Program-made: the position numbers and the translations under genes | Notes under the pieces: model-generated | The model's database searches: none | What the model was told of the DNA's origin: nothing | Seen by the model: the letters and a program-made list of their open reading frames with translations, nothing else | Part shown: piece by piece, positions 47,436 to 57,392 of the stretch | Layout of the letters: each line of letters begins with the position of its first letter | Position numbering within the stretch: position 1 is the stretch's first letter | NCBI GenBank assembly: GCA_017616435.1 | Contig: JAFZYC010000045.1 | Coordinates: forward strand, 1-57,540 | Length of the DNA: 57,540 bases | Source: Clostridia bacterium | GTDB taxonomy: Bacteria; Bacillota; Clostridia; Christensenellales; CAG-138 | Direction of reading: 5' to 3'

Positions 47436-48671
47436 TTACCTTTCTTCCTTCCTCTTGCGGAAGAGGTATTCGTCCATCTCGCCGCGGACCTTATCGGGGA
47501 TCTCCCTTGCAACGGGGCAGACGGCGGAATCCGCCATGCGCCTTGTGAACTCGGCAATGAAGGCGATATCGCGCTGCATCTGATCCATCGAGAGTATGTC
47601 CGGCCTGTCGTAGCGGCAGTGGATCGGCGCGACCTGACCGCCGCCTATCCTCGCGAGGGAGACCGCGGGCACGCCCTTGTCGGCGAAGCTCGTGGAGTCG
47701 CTTGAATAGACGCCCTGCTTTGCGGATACGGGGAACCCGAGCTCCGCGCCCATGTAGGTCAGGTAATGGGGAAGCTTATCCTCCGCCGAGGCGACGGATA
47801 TGAACTTGCCCATGTAGGTCCCTATCATGTCGAGGTTGATATTGAGCGCGATCTTTTTGAGCTCCTCCTCGTGATCGCGGACGTAGGCCTTGGAGCCCAA
47901 AAGCCCCCTCTCCTCGCTGCCGCAGAACACGAACCTGAGCCCGTAACGGTGTTTTTTGCCGCGGAGGGCGTCCATTACGCCGAGGAGCCCGACGCAGCCG
48001 CTCATGTTGTCGTAGGAGCCGTGGGAGAGCGCGGTGGAATCGTAGTGCGCGGAGAGCGCGATCCACTCGTCCGTCTCGCCGGGCAGCTCCGCAACGACGT
48101 TGTGGGATTCGCCGTCGTACTCGTCCTGCTCGATATGGATCCTTATGCGCTTCACGCCGTTCTTGACGAGGGAGATCGCCGTCTCGCAGTTGAGCATCGC
48201 ACAGAGAAGCTTCTTCTCACCGTTGACGACGTGCTCGCGAAGGTCCCTCTCGTCGATGTCCTTATTTGGGAAATGCAGATCGCCGTAGCGGAAGAGTATG
48301 GCCTTCGCACCGGCTTCGACCAGATCCTTGTAGGCGAACGCGCCGACCCCCTGCGTATCGAGGAGCACGATCTTGTCCTTAGCCCCCGCGAGGGAGACCC
48401 TGTCGAGAGAGGGCATGTAGTAAAGCTCGCCCTCCTCCTCCCCGCTGCCGCAGCAGGCGAAGGCCTTTGCGGGGATCTCCTTTCCGTCGGCGTACACATG
48501 CGTTTCCTTTATGTTCGCCATCGCAACGCGGAAGCCCTCGATACGGGCCTCTGCTCCGAGCTTTTCGCAGCAGGCCTTGAGGTATTCCGCGACGGCGAGC
48601 TCCTCCTTCGTGCCGCTGACGTGGGGATAGTCGGTATCCTTGAATATCTGCCTCATCGTCCTTTGGTTCAT
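47436..48671 (-). CDS. M28-family aminopeptidase with a PA domain
   Basis: SHNVVAE, SAHYDS, GSYDNMSG, GSEERGLLGS, NLDMIG, SSD and IH motifs. Confidence 0.9.
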   Translation of the reverse strand: MNQRTMRQIFKDTDYPHVSGTKEELAVAEYLKACCEKLGAEARIEGFRVAMANIKETHVYADGKEIPAKAFACCGSGEEEGELYYMPSLDRVSLAGAKDKIVLLDTQGVGAFAYKDLVEAGAKAILFRYGDLHFPNKDIDERDLREHVVNGEKKLLCAMLNCETAISLVKNGVKRIRIHIEQDEYDGESHNVVAELPGETDEWIALSAHYDSTALSHGSYDNMSGCVGLLGVMDALRGKKHRYGLRFVFCGSEERGLLGSKAYVRDHEEELKKIALNINLDMIGTYMGKFISVASAEDKLPHYLTYMGAELGFPVSAKQGVYSSDSTSFADKGVPAVSLARIGGGQVAPIHCRYDRPDILSMDQMQRDIAFIAEFTRRMADSAVCPVAREIPDKVRGEMDEYLFRKRKEER

Positions 48672-48743
48672 GTGCGTTCTCCTTTCGTTCCCCGCCTGAA
48701 CGGGGGATAATTTAAGCTTTATCGAGCGGCGAATGCCGTTTGT

Positions 48744-51062
48744 TCACCTTGTCCTGCCGAAATAGGCCTTCATCTCGCTGTCCGAGAGGCCGAAATAGTT
48801 CTGTATCCCGGCAAGCACCGTCCTGTCGCGCTTGCCGTCCTTCACGTAGCTCTTGAGCTTTTCTATCGAACTGCGCCAGCCCGATACGGAAAGACCGTAT
48901 CTCGCGCGGTCGGCCTCGATCTCGGGCTCCATTATCGCCGCGAGCTCGTCCGCCTTACGCGTTATCGCCTGCTCGTTCAGTATCGAGCCCATGAGCGCCG
49001 CGTAGCGCTTCAAGAACTTATCGCGGAAATCCGGGTTTTTGAGCAGGGCGACTATTATCGCGTGGTTGCCGTCGTTCCTCGCCGTCCTGCCGATGGGGTC
49101 CTCCGTGTTGTTCCAGAGCGCCCAGTCGAGATCGAAGAAGCACCAGTGCCATCTGCCGTCGTCCTCCGCGGAGGAATAGAACCTGAGGTTCGCAAGGTCG
49201 CTGTCGCCCATGTAGGAGCGGCAGATGTACCAGTCCATGAGGCTGGTGCTGTCTATGCGGCGCATGACGTAGTCGTAATCCTCCTTGTTCCTCAGGTCGT
49301 GCGTCTTGCAGTATTTGATGAGGTCCATGAGGCCCTTGCCCGAGCCCGCGACCACCGAATCGCCGTAGTCCTTTACGAGGTTGATCGAATCCGCGGAGAC
49401 GCCGAGCCTCTGCGCGCAGTACTCGGTATCGATCCTCTCTCTCAGCCAGTAGAAGCCCCAGTATTCACCGTTGAGGTAGAGTATAACGGGGCGGTAGGCC
49501 TGCACGGAAAGCTCCGTCGCGCCGTCCACGAGGGAGGTGCAGAGCTCGTCGCGGAAGCCGCAGAAAACGAAATCCTCGCTGCCGCCTTTTAAAAGCAGGG
49601 AGTTGAAGGTATCGATATCCCTGTTCTCGAACACCTTGTATTTGAGCTTGCTCATCCCGTAGACGGAGCGGAAGCGGAGCTGGAAGTTCTGCTTGTCGCC
49701 CTTCTTGCTGTCGTTGCCGTGGAGCTTGAATCCGCAGGGAACGGAGAAGCACAGCTCGCCCTGATCCATCATTGTAACGAAGGCCTCATGCTCGTATTCG
49801 GGATCGACGTGGTTCAAAACGCCCTCCGAGCCCGTAAGGTATTCGCTCTTTATCGCGACGTTTATAACGGCGCAGGAGTGCTCTATCCCGACGAGGTAGA
49901 AGAACGAGGCGAGCTCGCTCCTTCTGGAGCCGTCGACGGCGACTGCGCGGATCGAGGCGATGCTGTTGACCTCTATGGGGCCGGTGTATTTTTTCGACTT
50001 TTCGCCCGGCTCGGTGCCGTCGAGGGTGTAGTAGATATCGCCCTCACCTTTGAGCTCGACCGAGATCGGCGCGTCGTACGCGCCGGAGGGCAGGCTCGCC
50101 GTCGGCGCGGGAAGATCCGCCTGATAGCCCGTAACGTTCTCCGCCCCGGGCGTGACGGTGCTCATGTACTCGAAGCCCTTGCCGATACGGCCGTAGCTCG
50201 CGTCCTTATTGAGATCGCCGGGCACTTTCACGCGGTCGACGAGCGTTCCCTCGCGGAAGAGGTAGACCGTCTCGCCGGAGGAGCTGATCTTGAACGGCGC
50301 CTGGTCGGGAGCTGCGTTTCCGGAGCAGTAGACGATGAAATAGCCGCCCGCCTCCAGCGTCGTTTCGGGGAAGCGGTAGCGTTCGGGCTCCGATTTTTTA
50401 TCGGAGAGAGTATAGAGGGAAAGATCCACGGCCTCGCCCGAGCCGTTGTAGATCTCCACGAAATCATAGTATTCCCCGTCGACGGGGATATGGGTGCTGT
50501 TGGATGAAACGACCTCGTTTATCCTGACGCCCGGCAGCTCCAGCGCGTCAAGATACGCCGCGTACCCCTCCGCCGTGTTGGGATAGCCGGGGGTCGGATA
50601 TTCGCACGCGCCCTCATGGGAGAACGAGCCCTCGCCGATCGATGCGTCGTAGCTGAGCTCGTCGACGACCTTCGAGCCGTGTATCAGCGTCACTCCGCCG
50701 CCGTCCTTTGAAAGACGGAACGGGGAATCGTCGGTGAGCTTCACCACCGCGTAGCCGTGAGCGGGTATGCGTATGCCGTCGAGCTTCATGACCTCTGACT
50801 TTGCGCCGTTTTTGGCAAGTATGTATCCCGTGAGCTCCGCCTCGTTTTCGCCGGAGTTGTAAAGCTCCACCCAGTCGTCGAGGCAGTTCATCACGAAGCC
50901 CGAGTTATCGGCCATGAGCTCGCTCAGAAGTATATGCTCCTCTTCCCTGTCGTCGCCGATATCGACGACCGGCCCTGTGGGTACGCTCCCCCTGCCGCTG
51001 CAGGAACAGAGCGCGGATACGGCAATGAGCGCCGCAAGCAAGAACGCGGAAAGCTTTTTCAT
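48744..51062 (-). CDS. CotH-kinase-family lipoprotein with lamin-tail and Fn3/chitobiase-like domains
   Basis: Lipobox CSC; LSELMADN and INEVVSSN (LTD); YYTLDGTEP; YLNGEYWGFYWLRERID; FFDLDWA. Confidence 0.85.
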   Translation of the reverse strand: MKKLSAFLLAALIAVSALCSCSGRGSVPTGPVVDIGDDREEEHILLSELMADNSGFVMNCLDDWVELYNSGENEAELTGYILAKNGAKSEVMKLDGIRIPAHGYAVVKLTDDSPFRLSKDGGGVTLIHGSKVVDELSYDASIGEGSFSHEGACEYPTPGYPNTAEGYAAYLDALELPGVRINEVVSSNSTHIPVDGEYYDFVEIYNGSGEAVDLSLYTLSDKKSEPERYRFPETTLEAGGYFIVYCSGNAAPDQAPFKISSSGETVYLFREGTLVDRVKVPGDLNKDASYGRIGKGFEYMSTVTPGAENVTGYQADLPAPTASLPSGAYDAPISVELKGEGDIYYTLDGTEPGEKSKKYTGPIEVNSIASIRAVAVDGSRRSELASFFYLVGIEHSCAVINVAIKSEYLTGSEGVLNHVDPEYEHEAFVTMMDQGELCFSVPCGFKLHGNDSKKGDKQNFQLRFRSVYGMSKLKYKVFENRDIDTFNSLLLKGGSEDFVFCGFRDELCTSLVDGATELSVQAYRPVILYLNGEYWGFYWLRERIDTEYCAQRLGVSADSINLVKDYGDSVVAGSGKGLMDLIKYCKTHDLRNKEDYDYVMRRIDSTSLMDWYICRSYMGDSDLANLRFYSSAEDDGRWHWCFFDLDWALWNNTEDPIGRTARNDGNHAIIVALLKNPDFRDKFLKRYAALMGSILNEQAITRKADELAAIMEPEIEADRARYGLSVSGWRSSIEKLKSYVKDGKRDRTVLAGIQNYFGLSDSEMKAYFGRTR

Positions 51063-51233
51063 TCTGACGGTCCTTTTCGCGCCTCCTGCCGGAGCGCAAA
51101 GCCCGGCACAGGCGCATTTTCTTTCGTTATGCATTGTACCATTTTTCCGCGCCGATATCAACAGGAACGGCCCTTTTACGACAAAAAGGGCGGATGGAGC
51201 CCAGCTCCATCCGCCCGTGTTTTCTGTTTTCGG

Positions 51234-54200
51234 TCAGCCCGTCATCGCGTTCCTCAGTATCATCAGCGCGTCGGAGGAGTTGACCTCCCCGTCGCCGGTG
51301 ATATCCGCCCTCGCCAGCTCCTCCGGCCCGAGCGTGAGTATCCCCATGGAATACCGCAGCACCATGAGCGCGTCGGATGAGGAGATCGCGCCGTCGCCGT
51401 TGACGTCGCCCATCAAAGGCCCGGGATCGGGAGGCTGCAGCGCCTCAAGCGCGGCGATGATGGCCGCCCTCGTCAAAGGCCCGCAGATGCCGTCCGGCTC
51501 GAGGCCGTGCGCCGTCTGGAACTCCACCACCGCGTTAAATGTCGCGGGGCCGAGTATGCCGTCTATCTCCAGGGGATATCCCAAAAGGTTCAGCGCCGCC
51601 TGCAGCCACATCACGTCCTCGCCCGTGTCGCCCCTTCTGAGCGTGCGCTCCGGCACGGGATAGTTCGAAGGATCGTACGGGTCCGGCGTGGGCGTCGGCG
51701 TGGGGTCGGGCGTAGGCGTGGGGTCGGGCGTAGGCGTGGGTTCGGCCGTCTCGGTGGGTTCGGCCGTTTCCGTGGGCTCCGCCGTCTCGGTGGGCTCGGC
51801 CGTTTCCGTGGGCTCGGCCGTTTCCGTGGGCTCGGCCGTTTCCGTGGGCTCGGCCGTTTCCGTGGGCTCTGCCGTCTCGGTGGGCTCGGCGGTCTCTGTG
51901 GGTTCGGGAGTCGGCGTAGGCGTAGGCTCCGCGGTGGGAGTCGGAGTGGGCTCTGGGGGCGTATAATCTGGCATCTTATCCGCCGTGTACGCGGGCGAGC
52001 GAAGCTCCGCGAAGGGATATTCGGTGGCCGGATCTATGTTCCACACCGTATCGAAATCGTAGTCCTGATAGGACGCGCTGTTTGCGAACGCCGCAGCCTC
52101 CATTGCCGTGCCGCAGCTCGTGCCGCCGGAGCAGCACCCCGCGAGCATGTATGTATTCGCGACCGTCGTGCCGCTGCTCTTGGAGCCGATCGCGCCGCCC
52201 TTCTGGCGTTTCGCTGTGACCGTGCCGACGTTGTAGCAGCGGGAGACCGTGTTTGTGCCCGTGGCTTTGGCGAGCACGCCGCCCGCGGTCTCGACGCAGG
52301 TGATATCGCCCGTATTGAAGCAGTCCGCTATCGTGCCGGAGCTCGAAATGCCCACGACGCCGCCCGTTATGAAGCCGGTGGAGATATCGTGGCCGCTGTA
52401 GCATTTTTCGACCGCGGCCGAGGTTATGCTCCCCGCGACGCCGCCGATCATCTTCGCGCCGCGCACGTCGCCGTTGTTGCGGCAGCGGGTGACGGTCGAG
52501 GAGTTCGCGGTTCCCACGACTCCGCCCGTGCGCTCATAGCTCTTGACGAAGCTCGCGAGGTTGGAGCAATAGCTTATGCTGCAGTTGTCATGCGCCCAGC
52601 CGACTATGCCGCCGGTATCGGATGAGCCGCGCACGGAATAGAGGTTGGAGCAGTTGGTGATCTGGGTCGATCCGTCCGGAGCGGTCACGTAGCCGGCTAT
52701 GCCGCCCGCCCAGAGCGAGGCTCTGACCTTGCCCGCGTTGCAGCAGTTGACGACCCCGCCGTAGTTGTCGAGATAGCCTACTATGCCGCCGACGTTATCG
52801 ACGGCCTCCATGTAGGACCGCGCGACGGTGAGGTTCTTTATATAGCCCGCGGCGTTGTTCCCGACGTACCCGAACAGGCCGAAGAAGCTCATCCTGTTGT
52901 GGGAGAAGAACACGCCGTAAACGGTGTGCCCCTGCCCGTCGAAGCTGCCGCGGAAAATATGCTTGTCGCTGTTGGTGGTGTAGCAGCCTATCGGCGTCCA
53001 CCAGTTCGCGGGCTGGTTGAAGTAATCCCAGCTCGTCCAGCCGTCGGTGTCGTTGAGCCAGATATCGTCCGTGAGCACGAAGTATTTGCCGCTGTAGGTC
53101 GTTCCGTTTTCGACCTTATAGGAAAGGTAGGCCAGCTGTGCCGGGGTGGAGATCCTGTAAGGATCGGCTTCCGTGCCCGTGCCGCCCGCGTAGGAGGAGG
53201 CGACGCTGCCGTCCCATATCGCCCTCGTCTCGACGGCGGGATATTCCGCTTCGGGCTCTTCCGCGTCGAACGGGACATAGTCCGCGCCGGAAACGGATGA
53301 CATGGCCGCGTCATAGTTGAACTGCACGGTCATAAGGCCGCGGTGGGTCCAGCTCCTGTCGCCGAGCCTCGTCACGACTACGCCGTAGGAGACGCCGCGC
53401 GCCTCGACGATGAGCGGAGCGCCGTCCTCGTCGAAGCCGCAGACCCAGCCGATATGGCCCATCTTGCCGAGCCTTTCCGACCAGACGAAGACCGCCTCGC
53501 CGACGACCCACGCGCGGTCGATCTCCGATATCTTGCCCTTGGAGGTGCACCAGTTGTTGTAGTTCATCTCCACGTTGATATCGGTCGTCACGCCCTCCTC
53601 GTATGTCATCCATGCGTCGAGCAGGCCCTGGCAGTCCGTGGCGTAGGTGGAGCGGCTCCAGTCGGCGGTTATCTCATCATACTGGGGACGCAGCATGTAT
53701 TTCGTGTAGTTGTTGTTGTAGAAGGTGTTGAGCGTGGTGTTGCTCGTCGCGACGCGTACGCTGCCGTAGAGGTATTCCCACGGGGACGTCCCGCAGGAGG
53801 ACGCCGCGACGTACATGTTCGCGTTCGTCGGGATGGTGGAAGCGTCTATATGCGTGAGCGCCCACCTTATGAACTTGGCCACGCTGTGCTTGGTCGCGCG
53901 GGTTTTGACGGGCTCCGCTTCCGCTGCCGAGCCGAGCCCGGCGCAGCGGAACGTCACGCCGAGGCCCGTGACCGAGCCGACATAGCTCCTGCCCGATACA
54001 GCGCCGCGGTCCAGGCAGTCGTAAGCGTCGCCGCGGCCTATAACGCCGCCGACCTCGAAGCCGCCCGAGACCTTTCCGTAGTTTTTGCAGTTGTAGACGG
54101 AGCCTTCGCCCACGACGCCGCCGACGCGGCACACGCCGCTGACCTCCGCCATGTTCACGCAGTCCGCAGCAGAGCCGTAACCGACTATGCCCGCGGTCAT

Positions 54201-54638
54201 GTTCCCGCCGATAACGGTCGAATCCGCGAGCGTCAATCCGCTTATCGCGCCGAAGCTCACGCCGAAGAGCGCGGCGTTATCCTCCCCGGTCTCGATACAG
54301 ACGCCGGATATCATGTGCCCGCGCCCGTCGAAGCTGCCCGTAAAGGCGTGTTCCGCGTCCCTGCCTATGGGCTCGAACGCCATGCCGTAAAGCTCTATAT
54401 CGCACGAAAGCGCAAAGCACATGCCGCTCGTGTCGAGGCCGCCGTTCACAAGGCGGGAGAGCGCGCAAAGCTCCTCCCCGCATGAGATCATGTAGGGATC
54501 TTCCTCGCTGCCCGCGCCAATGAACTTGATCGCCTCCGGCGCGGCCTCCTTCCCCGCCCCGAGCGCCGAGACCGGCGCCGCGAAGGCGGCTGAAATGAAC
54601 ATTATCGCAGCAAGCAGGAGCGCCGTTCTTCTCTTCAT
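51234..54638 (-). CDS. Secreted multidomain protein: GLUG repeats, NlpC/P60-like lysin domain, GLUG repeats, PT linker, PG-binding domain, dockerin
   Basis: GAGSEEDPY and GGTGTEADPY, VGGIVG repeats; YLYG..ATDCQGL..GHIGWV..VEARG; LRRGDTGEDVMWLQ..DGICGPLT; GDVNGDGAISSSDAL. Confidence 0.85.
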   Translation of the reverse strand: MKRRTALLLAAIMFISAAFAAPVSALGAGKEAAPEAIKFIGAGSEEDPYMISCGEELCALSRLVNGGLDTSGMCFALSCDIELYGMAFEPIGRDAEHAFTGSFDGRGHMISGVCIETGEDNAALFGVSFGAISGLTLADSTVIGGNMTAGIVGYGSAADCVNMAEVSGVCRVGGVVGEGSVYNCKNYGKVSGGFEVGGVIGRGDAYDCLDRGAVSGRSYVGSVTGLGVTFRCAGLGSAAEAEPVKTRATKHSVAKFIRWALTHIDASTIPTNANMYVAASSCGTSPWEYLYGSVRVATSNTTLNTFYNNNYTKYMLRPQYDEITADWSRSTYATDCQGLLDAWMTYEEGVTTDINVEMNYNNWCTSKGKISEIDRAWVVGEAVFVWSERLGKMGHIGWVCGFDEDGAPLIVEARGVSYGVVVTRLGDRSWTHRGLMTVQFNYDAAMSSVSGADYVPFDAEEPEAEYPAVETRAIWDGSVASSYAGGTGTEADPYRISTPAQLAYLSYKVENGTTYSGKYFVLTDDIWLNDTDGWTSWDYFNQPANWWTPIGCYTTNSDKHIFRGSFDGQGHTVYGVFFSHNRMSFFGLFGYVGNNAAGYIKNLTVARSYMEAVDNVGGIVGYLDNYGGVVNCCNAGKVRASLWAGGIAGYVTAPDGSTQITNCSNLYSVRGSSDTGGIVGWAHDNCSISYCSNLASFVKSYERTGGVVGTANSSTVTRCRNNGDVRGAKMIGGVAGSITSAAVEKCYSGHDISTGFITGGVVGISSSGTIADCFNTGDITCVETAGGVLAKATGTNTVSRCYNVGTVTAKRQKGGAIGSKSSGTTVANTYMLAGCCSGGTSCGTAMEAAAFANSASYQDYDFDTVWNIDPATEYPFAELRSPAYTADKMPDYTPPEPTPTPTAEPTPTPTPEPTETAEPTETAEPTETAEPTETAEPTETAEPTETAEPTETAEPTETAEPTETAEPTPTPDPTPTPDPTPTPTPDPYDPSNYPVPERTLRRGDTGEDVMWLQAALNLLGYPLEIDGILGPATFNAVVEFQTAHGLEPDGICGPLTRAAIIAALEALQPPDPGPLMGDVNGDGAISSSDALMVLRYSMGILTLGPEELARADITGDGEVNSSDALMILRNAMTG
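51739..51900 (-). repeat. 18-bp tandem repeat, nine units, encoding EPTETA
   Basis: GGCTCGGCCGTTTCCGTG and synonymous variants; four central copies are identical. Confidence 0.9.
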
Positions 54639-54899
54639 AATGCGAAACGCCTTTCCGTTTTTTCGGTCGGTATACTTACCATGATACCATAATAACATGC
54701 CGTCCCCCAAAAATCAACGCACGGCAGCCCGGAAAATGCAGGAAAACGCTCAAAAAAACGGCGTTTGCCCCCATTACCCCCTTGATTTTTGACCGAATCT
54801 GTATTATAATCCGCCGTAACCGTCCGCAAGGGACGGGCGCATTTATTCAAACTCATGAAAAGAAAAACAAAAAAACACAATATAGAGGAGTCAGAACCT

Positions 54900-55961
54900 A
54901 TGAGGAAGATCGGTATCCTGACCGGCGGCGGCGACTGCCCCGGTCTCAACGCCGTTATCAGGGGCGTTGTTGAAAAATGTGCGGAGGCGGGCATAGAGGT
55001 GTTCGGCTTCCGTGACGGCTGGCGCGGCGCCATGCGCGCGCAGGGCCGTTGGCTCACCCTTTCCGAGGTGGAGGGCATTCAGACCCAGGGCGGCACCATT
55101 ATCGGCAGCTCCCGTACGAACGTCATGAAGGACCCCAACGGTCCCGAGACCATAATAGAGGTTTTGAGGGCGCTGGATCTTGAGGCCGTTGTCGCCATCG
55201 GCGGCGACGATACGCTGGGCGTTGCGAATGAGCTTCGCAAGCGCGGCATAAACGTCATCGGCGTTCCCAAGACCATCGACAACGACCTTTCCTGCACGGA
55301 TTACACATTCGGCTTCGAGACGGCTTCCAATATCGCGATGGAGGCCATCGACCGCCTGCAGACGACCGCCAAGGCGCATTCGAGGTGTATAGTCGTCGAG
55401 TGCATGGGCCGTCACACGGGCTGGATCGCGCTTCAGGCGGGCCTCGCCGCGAACGCGAGCCTCGTGCTCATCCCCGAGTTCCCCAAGACGTTTGAAGAGA
55501 TCGTATCCCTCGTCCGCCGCAGGTATCTGCGCGGCGACCGCTACACCATAATCGTCGTGGCGGAGGGCTTCGAGCTCAAGGACGGCGAGTCCATCGACGT
55601 CGGCACGGACGCCTTCGGCAACAAGCTCCTCATACAGAAGAACCTTGCCAAGCACCTTTCCGATATGATCGAAGCCGCCATGAGGAACGATCCTCTCCTC
55701 GGCGAGGACGCGCAGTTCTTCGAGTGCCGTCCCGTCGTATTGGGCCACGTCCAGCGCGGCGGCGCGCCCTGCGCGTTTGACCGCGTGCTCGGCACCCGCC
55801 TCGGCATCAAGGCCGGCGAGCTGGTCGTCGCCCGCGATTACGGCAACATGGTCGGCATGACCAGCGGCAAGATCGTCGCCGCCGATCTCGACGTCGCCGT
55901 CACCGTCCGCAAGGAGGTCGATAAGGAGTTCTACGACGCCGCCTCGCTGTATTTCAAATAA
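54900..55961 (+). CDS. pfkA: 6-phosphofructokinase, probably PPi-dependent
   Basis: TGGGDCPGLN, GGDDT, PKTIDND, MGRH and LGHVQRGG motifs. Confidence 0.92.
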   Translation: MRKIGILTGGGDCPGLNAVIRGVVEKCAEAGIEVFGFRDGWRGAMRAQGRWLTLSEVEGIQTQGGTIIGSSRTNVMKDPNGPETIIEVLRALDLEAVVAIGGDDTLGVANELRKRGINVIGVPKTIDNDLSCTDYTFGFETASNIAMEAIDRLQTTAKAHSRCIVVECMGRHTGWIALQAGLAANASLVLIPEFPKTFEEIVSLVRRRYLRGDRYTIIVVAEGFELKDGESIDVGTDAFGNKLLIQKNLAKHLSDMIEAAMRNDPLLGEDAQFFECRPVVLGHVQRGGAPCAFDRVLGTRLGIKAGELVVARDYGNMVGMTSGKIVAADLDVAVTVRKEVDKEFYDAASLYFK

Positions 55962-56015
55962 GGAAAACCGAATCAGGCGTGGTCCCAAACCACGCCGTTT
56001 TTTTAGGAGGATATT

Positions 56016-56573
56016 ATGAACGGTAAAGCGGAGATCCGCGGGAACGCGAAGTTTTCCCACAAAAAGTATTACCCCATACGCAAGCTGATCTTTTCTCCCT
56101 TCGGCAGCTTCAAAATGCTTAAGGAGAAGATGCACGCCGATATGTGCATCGAGTACGTCGGCAGCGTTTTGAAGCAGGGCGACCTGCAGCCGGCACTCGT
56201 ATGCTCGGAGGCGCCGTTCACCGTCGCCGCGTATTCGGACGAGATGGATGCGGTCGTCATGCTGGAGTTCCCGAAGGAGCTTCGGGAGCAGTACGGCCTC
56301 CACGTGGGGGATCGGCTCGTGACCTCGGTCGGATATCTTGAGGGCGTGGACGTTTCACTCGCGCCGGATATCTTCCCCGGCGAGGGCTTCACCCGCAATT
56401 ATGCGGAGTTCGTGCCCATCGTGCAGCTTTTCCTCGCCTCCGACGAGGAAAAGGCAATGGCGCGCACGGCGGAATTCGACGAGGTGCATTGGCAGAAGGT
56501 TGAGCGGCTTGCTTCCTCTTACGCTAAGGAGCACCCAGACCTTAAGCGCGACGGGTTCTTCTATTTCAAATAA
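56016..56573 (+). CDS. Hypothetical protein
   Basis: AGGAGG RBS, core-like codon usage, and a terminator downstream at about 56617-56645. Confidence 0.75.
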   Translation: MNGKAEIRGNAKFSHKKYYPIRKLIFSPFGSFKMLKEKMHADMCIEYVGSVLKQGDLQPALVCSEAPFTVAAYSDEMDAVVMLEFPKELREQYGLHVGDRLVTSVGYLEGVDVSLAPDIFPGEGFTRNYAEFVPIVQLFLASDEEKAMARTAEFDEVHWQKVERLASSYAKEHPDLKRDGFFYFK

Positions 56574-56658
56574 AGCCCAAAACCGGGAAGACAGGGTGAA
56601 AACAGCATAAAAAATCGGCCTCCGCGGGAGATTTGCGGAGGCCGTTCGTATTGCGGCT

Positions 56659-57114
56659 TCAGCCCTCGATCATTATGGTCTTCTTCTCAGGGAGCTTTTT
56701 CTCGTCCTTCTTGGGGAGCGTGAGCTTCAATACGCCGTCCTCGAACCTTGCCTTGATATCCTCCTCGGTGAGGTTCCTGCCGACGAAGAAGCTCCTCTGC
56801 ATGGAGCCCATGTAACGCTCCTGCCTGATCATGCGGCCCTTCTTGTCCTGCTCGTCCTTGTCAAGGCCCTTCGCCGCGGATACGGTGAGGCAGCCGTTTT
56901 CAAGGCTGAGCGTGATCTCGTCCTTCTTGAAGCCGGGCAGATCGATATCGATCTCATAGCCCTCGTCATGCTCGTGAACGTCGGTCTTCATAAGATGGCC
57001 GGCATGCTTGCCGTAAAGCTTCCTTTCCGCGTTGTCAAAGCCCCTGAACACGGGGAACGCGAGATCCTCCAGATCATCGAACCAACTGTCGTTAAAAAGC
57101 GTGGGATACAACAT
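56659..57114 (-). CDS. Hsp20/alpha-crystallin small heat-shock protein
   Basis: MKTDV, DLPGFKKDEI, ERYMGSMQRSF and FEDGVLKLTLPK motifs. Confidence 0.95.
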   Translation of the reverse strand: MLYPTLFNDSWFDDLEDLAFPVFRGFDNAERKLYGKHAGHLMKTDVHEHDEGYEIDIDLPGFKKDEITLSLENGCLTVSAAKGLDKDEQDKKGRMIRQERYMGSMQRSFFVGRNLTEEDIKARFEDGVLKLTLPKKDEKKLPEKKTIMIEG

Positions 57115-57269
57115 AAGTCATTCCTCCTTTACCAATCACACTTTTATTATGCGCATCGGGACGGAGTCAATACCTCGGGTCCGCATCTTTCTTCGGTGCC
57201 TGCCATCTTCGAGCCTGCGGCCCTTACCTTTCTTCTCTGTTCCTTTGTGCCTACATTATAGCACTGTTG

Positions 57270-57296
57270 TTAGCACTGTCAAGCGTTGAGTGCTAA
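57270..57296 (-). promoter_or_regulatory. CIRCE element (HrcA operator) upstream of hsp20
   Basis: TTAGCACTG-N9-GAGTGCTAA, one mismatch from consensus, with an extra half-site TAGCACTG at about 57259. Confidence 0.9.
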
Positions 57297-57392
57297 TATA
57301 TTTGTATATTTTATCGGATGGGCGGAACGGCTGGCGGAATACAATAAAAAAGCCGCCCCCGTATCGGGAGCGGCCCTCATATCGTTTTGGGA

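Noticed and set aside
51688-51966. CRISPR-like or non-coding repeat array, and the GSAVSV antisense ORF
   Set aside because: The repeats are contiguous with no spacers and vary at synonymous positions of an EPTETA linker; no cas genes are in the window.
55950-56573. pfk and the next gene both end in TATTTCAAATAA (YFK*)
   Set aside because: A 12-bp match with no other mobile-element signs; likely coincidence, though a target duplication is not excluded.
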